From Catajapyx aquilonaris (taxonomy: Eukaryota): a stretch of DNA of 47,567 nucleotides. Of this stretch, positions 47,023-47,567 are shown one piece after another; position 1 is the stretch's first letter; every line of letters begins with the position of its first letter. The stretch lies in assembly GCA_000934665.2 (NCBI GenBank), contig KZ538788.1, positions 1 through 47,567 of the forward strand, in the 5' to 3' direction. Below the pieces are notes generated by a model. The model was not told the DNA's origin and did no database searches. It saw only the letters and a list, made by a program, of their open reading frames with translations. The position numbers were made by a program, and so were the translations under genes.

Positions 47023-47567
47023 CACTCCTGCCATACCGCCCCCGTATATCAGGCAACCCACCACACAATCGGTCCCAAACAGGCCGCCCAGAACCGCATA
47101 ACGAATCAGTTTGCCTTTAGAACCATGTTCCAGACGAGCGACAACCAGCCCTATAGACTCATGTAAATGCAGCCTTGAGAGACAAGAGGCCAGCCGGTTC
47201 CTTTGGCGGCCTACCCCGAATCAAAATTGGGCGCGGTCATCACATGGGCACTGGAACGGATCCGTAACCACCGTCAAATCCTCCTTTCTCCGGACAGCTC
47301 CAGGCCTCAAAAGAAGCCACCCCGGAATCAATGCGTAATCGAAGAGCACTTTTCATTAGAAAAGCAAGCGCGCGCGGCTCTTTCGGCTCTTTAGCAGTAG
47401 CGCCGGCGCCGCTGGACATTCACGCTCCAATAAAGCCCTACACCTTCCGTGACGCCACTTCGGTCTTATCCTGGCTCACTGGGGTTTACCTATGACAGGC
47501 GCATTGAAAGCCAGGGCTCAGCACCAGCCACCACTCAGCTGCCAAAATGGACACTGCCCCCCCCCCC

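Overview
Eukaryotic, gene-poor genomic DNA from a draft assembly (one 195-N gap, four single Ns), very probably a hexapod/insect: it has an OBP-family gene, a (TTAGG)n tract and an insect-type tRNA-SINE. The only well-supported protein-coding gene is missed by the ORF track. It is a five-exon + strand odorant-binding protein gene, join(36963..37034,37184..37234,37679..37717,38282..38402,38478..38548), encoding 117 aa with a signal peptide, the classic six-cysteine spacing and two extra cysteines. The rest is non-coding DNA containing many short non-autonomous DNA transposons (CACTA/EnSpm-like, Tc1/mariner-like, pogo/Tigger-like, piggyBac-like, foldback-like), a tRNA-derived SINE, minisatellites, microsatellites and G/C homopolymer runs. 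A few isolated splice-flanked segments and two GC-rich promoter-like islands hint at further, possibly non-coding, transcripts. I found no CRISPR array, rRNA, intact tRNA, autonomous transposase or convincing novel multi-gene system. The most noteworthy items are the atypical 8-Cys OBP, a nested TTAGG-bearing mini-element, and repeats built from palindromes. All analysis was by eye, with no database searches.
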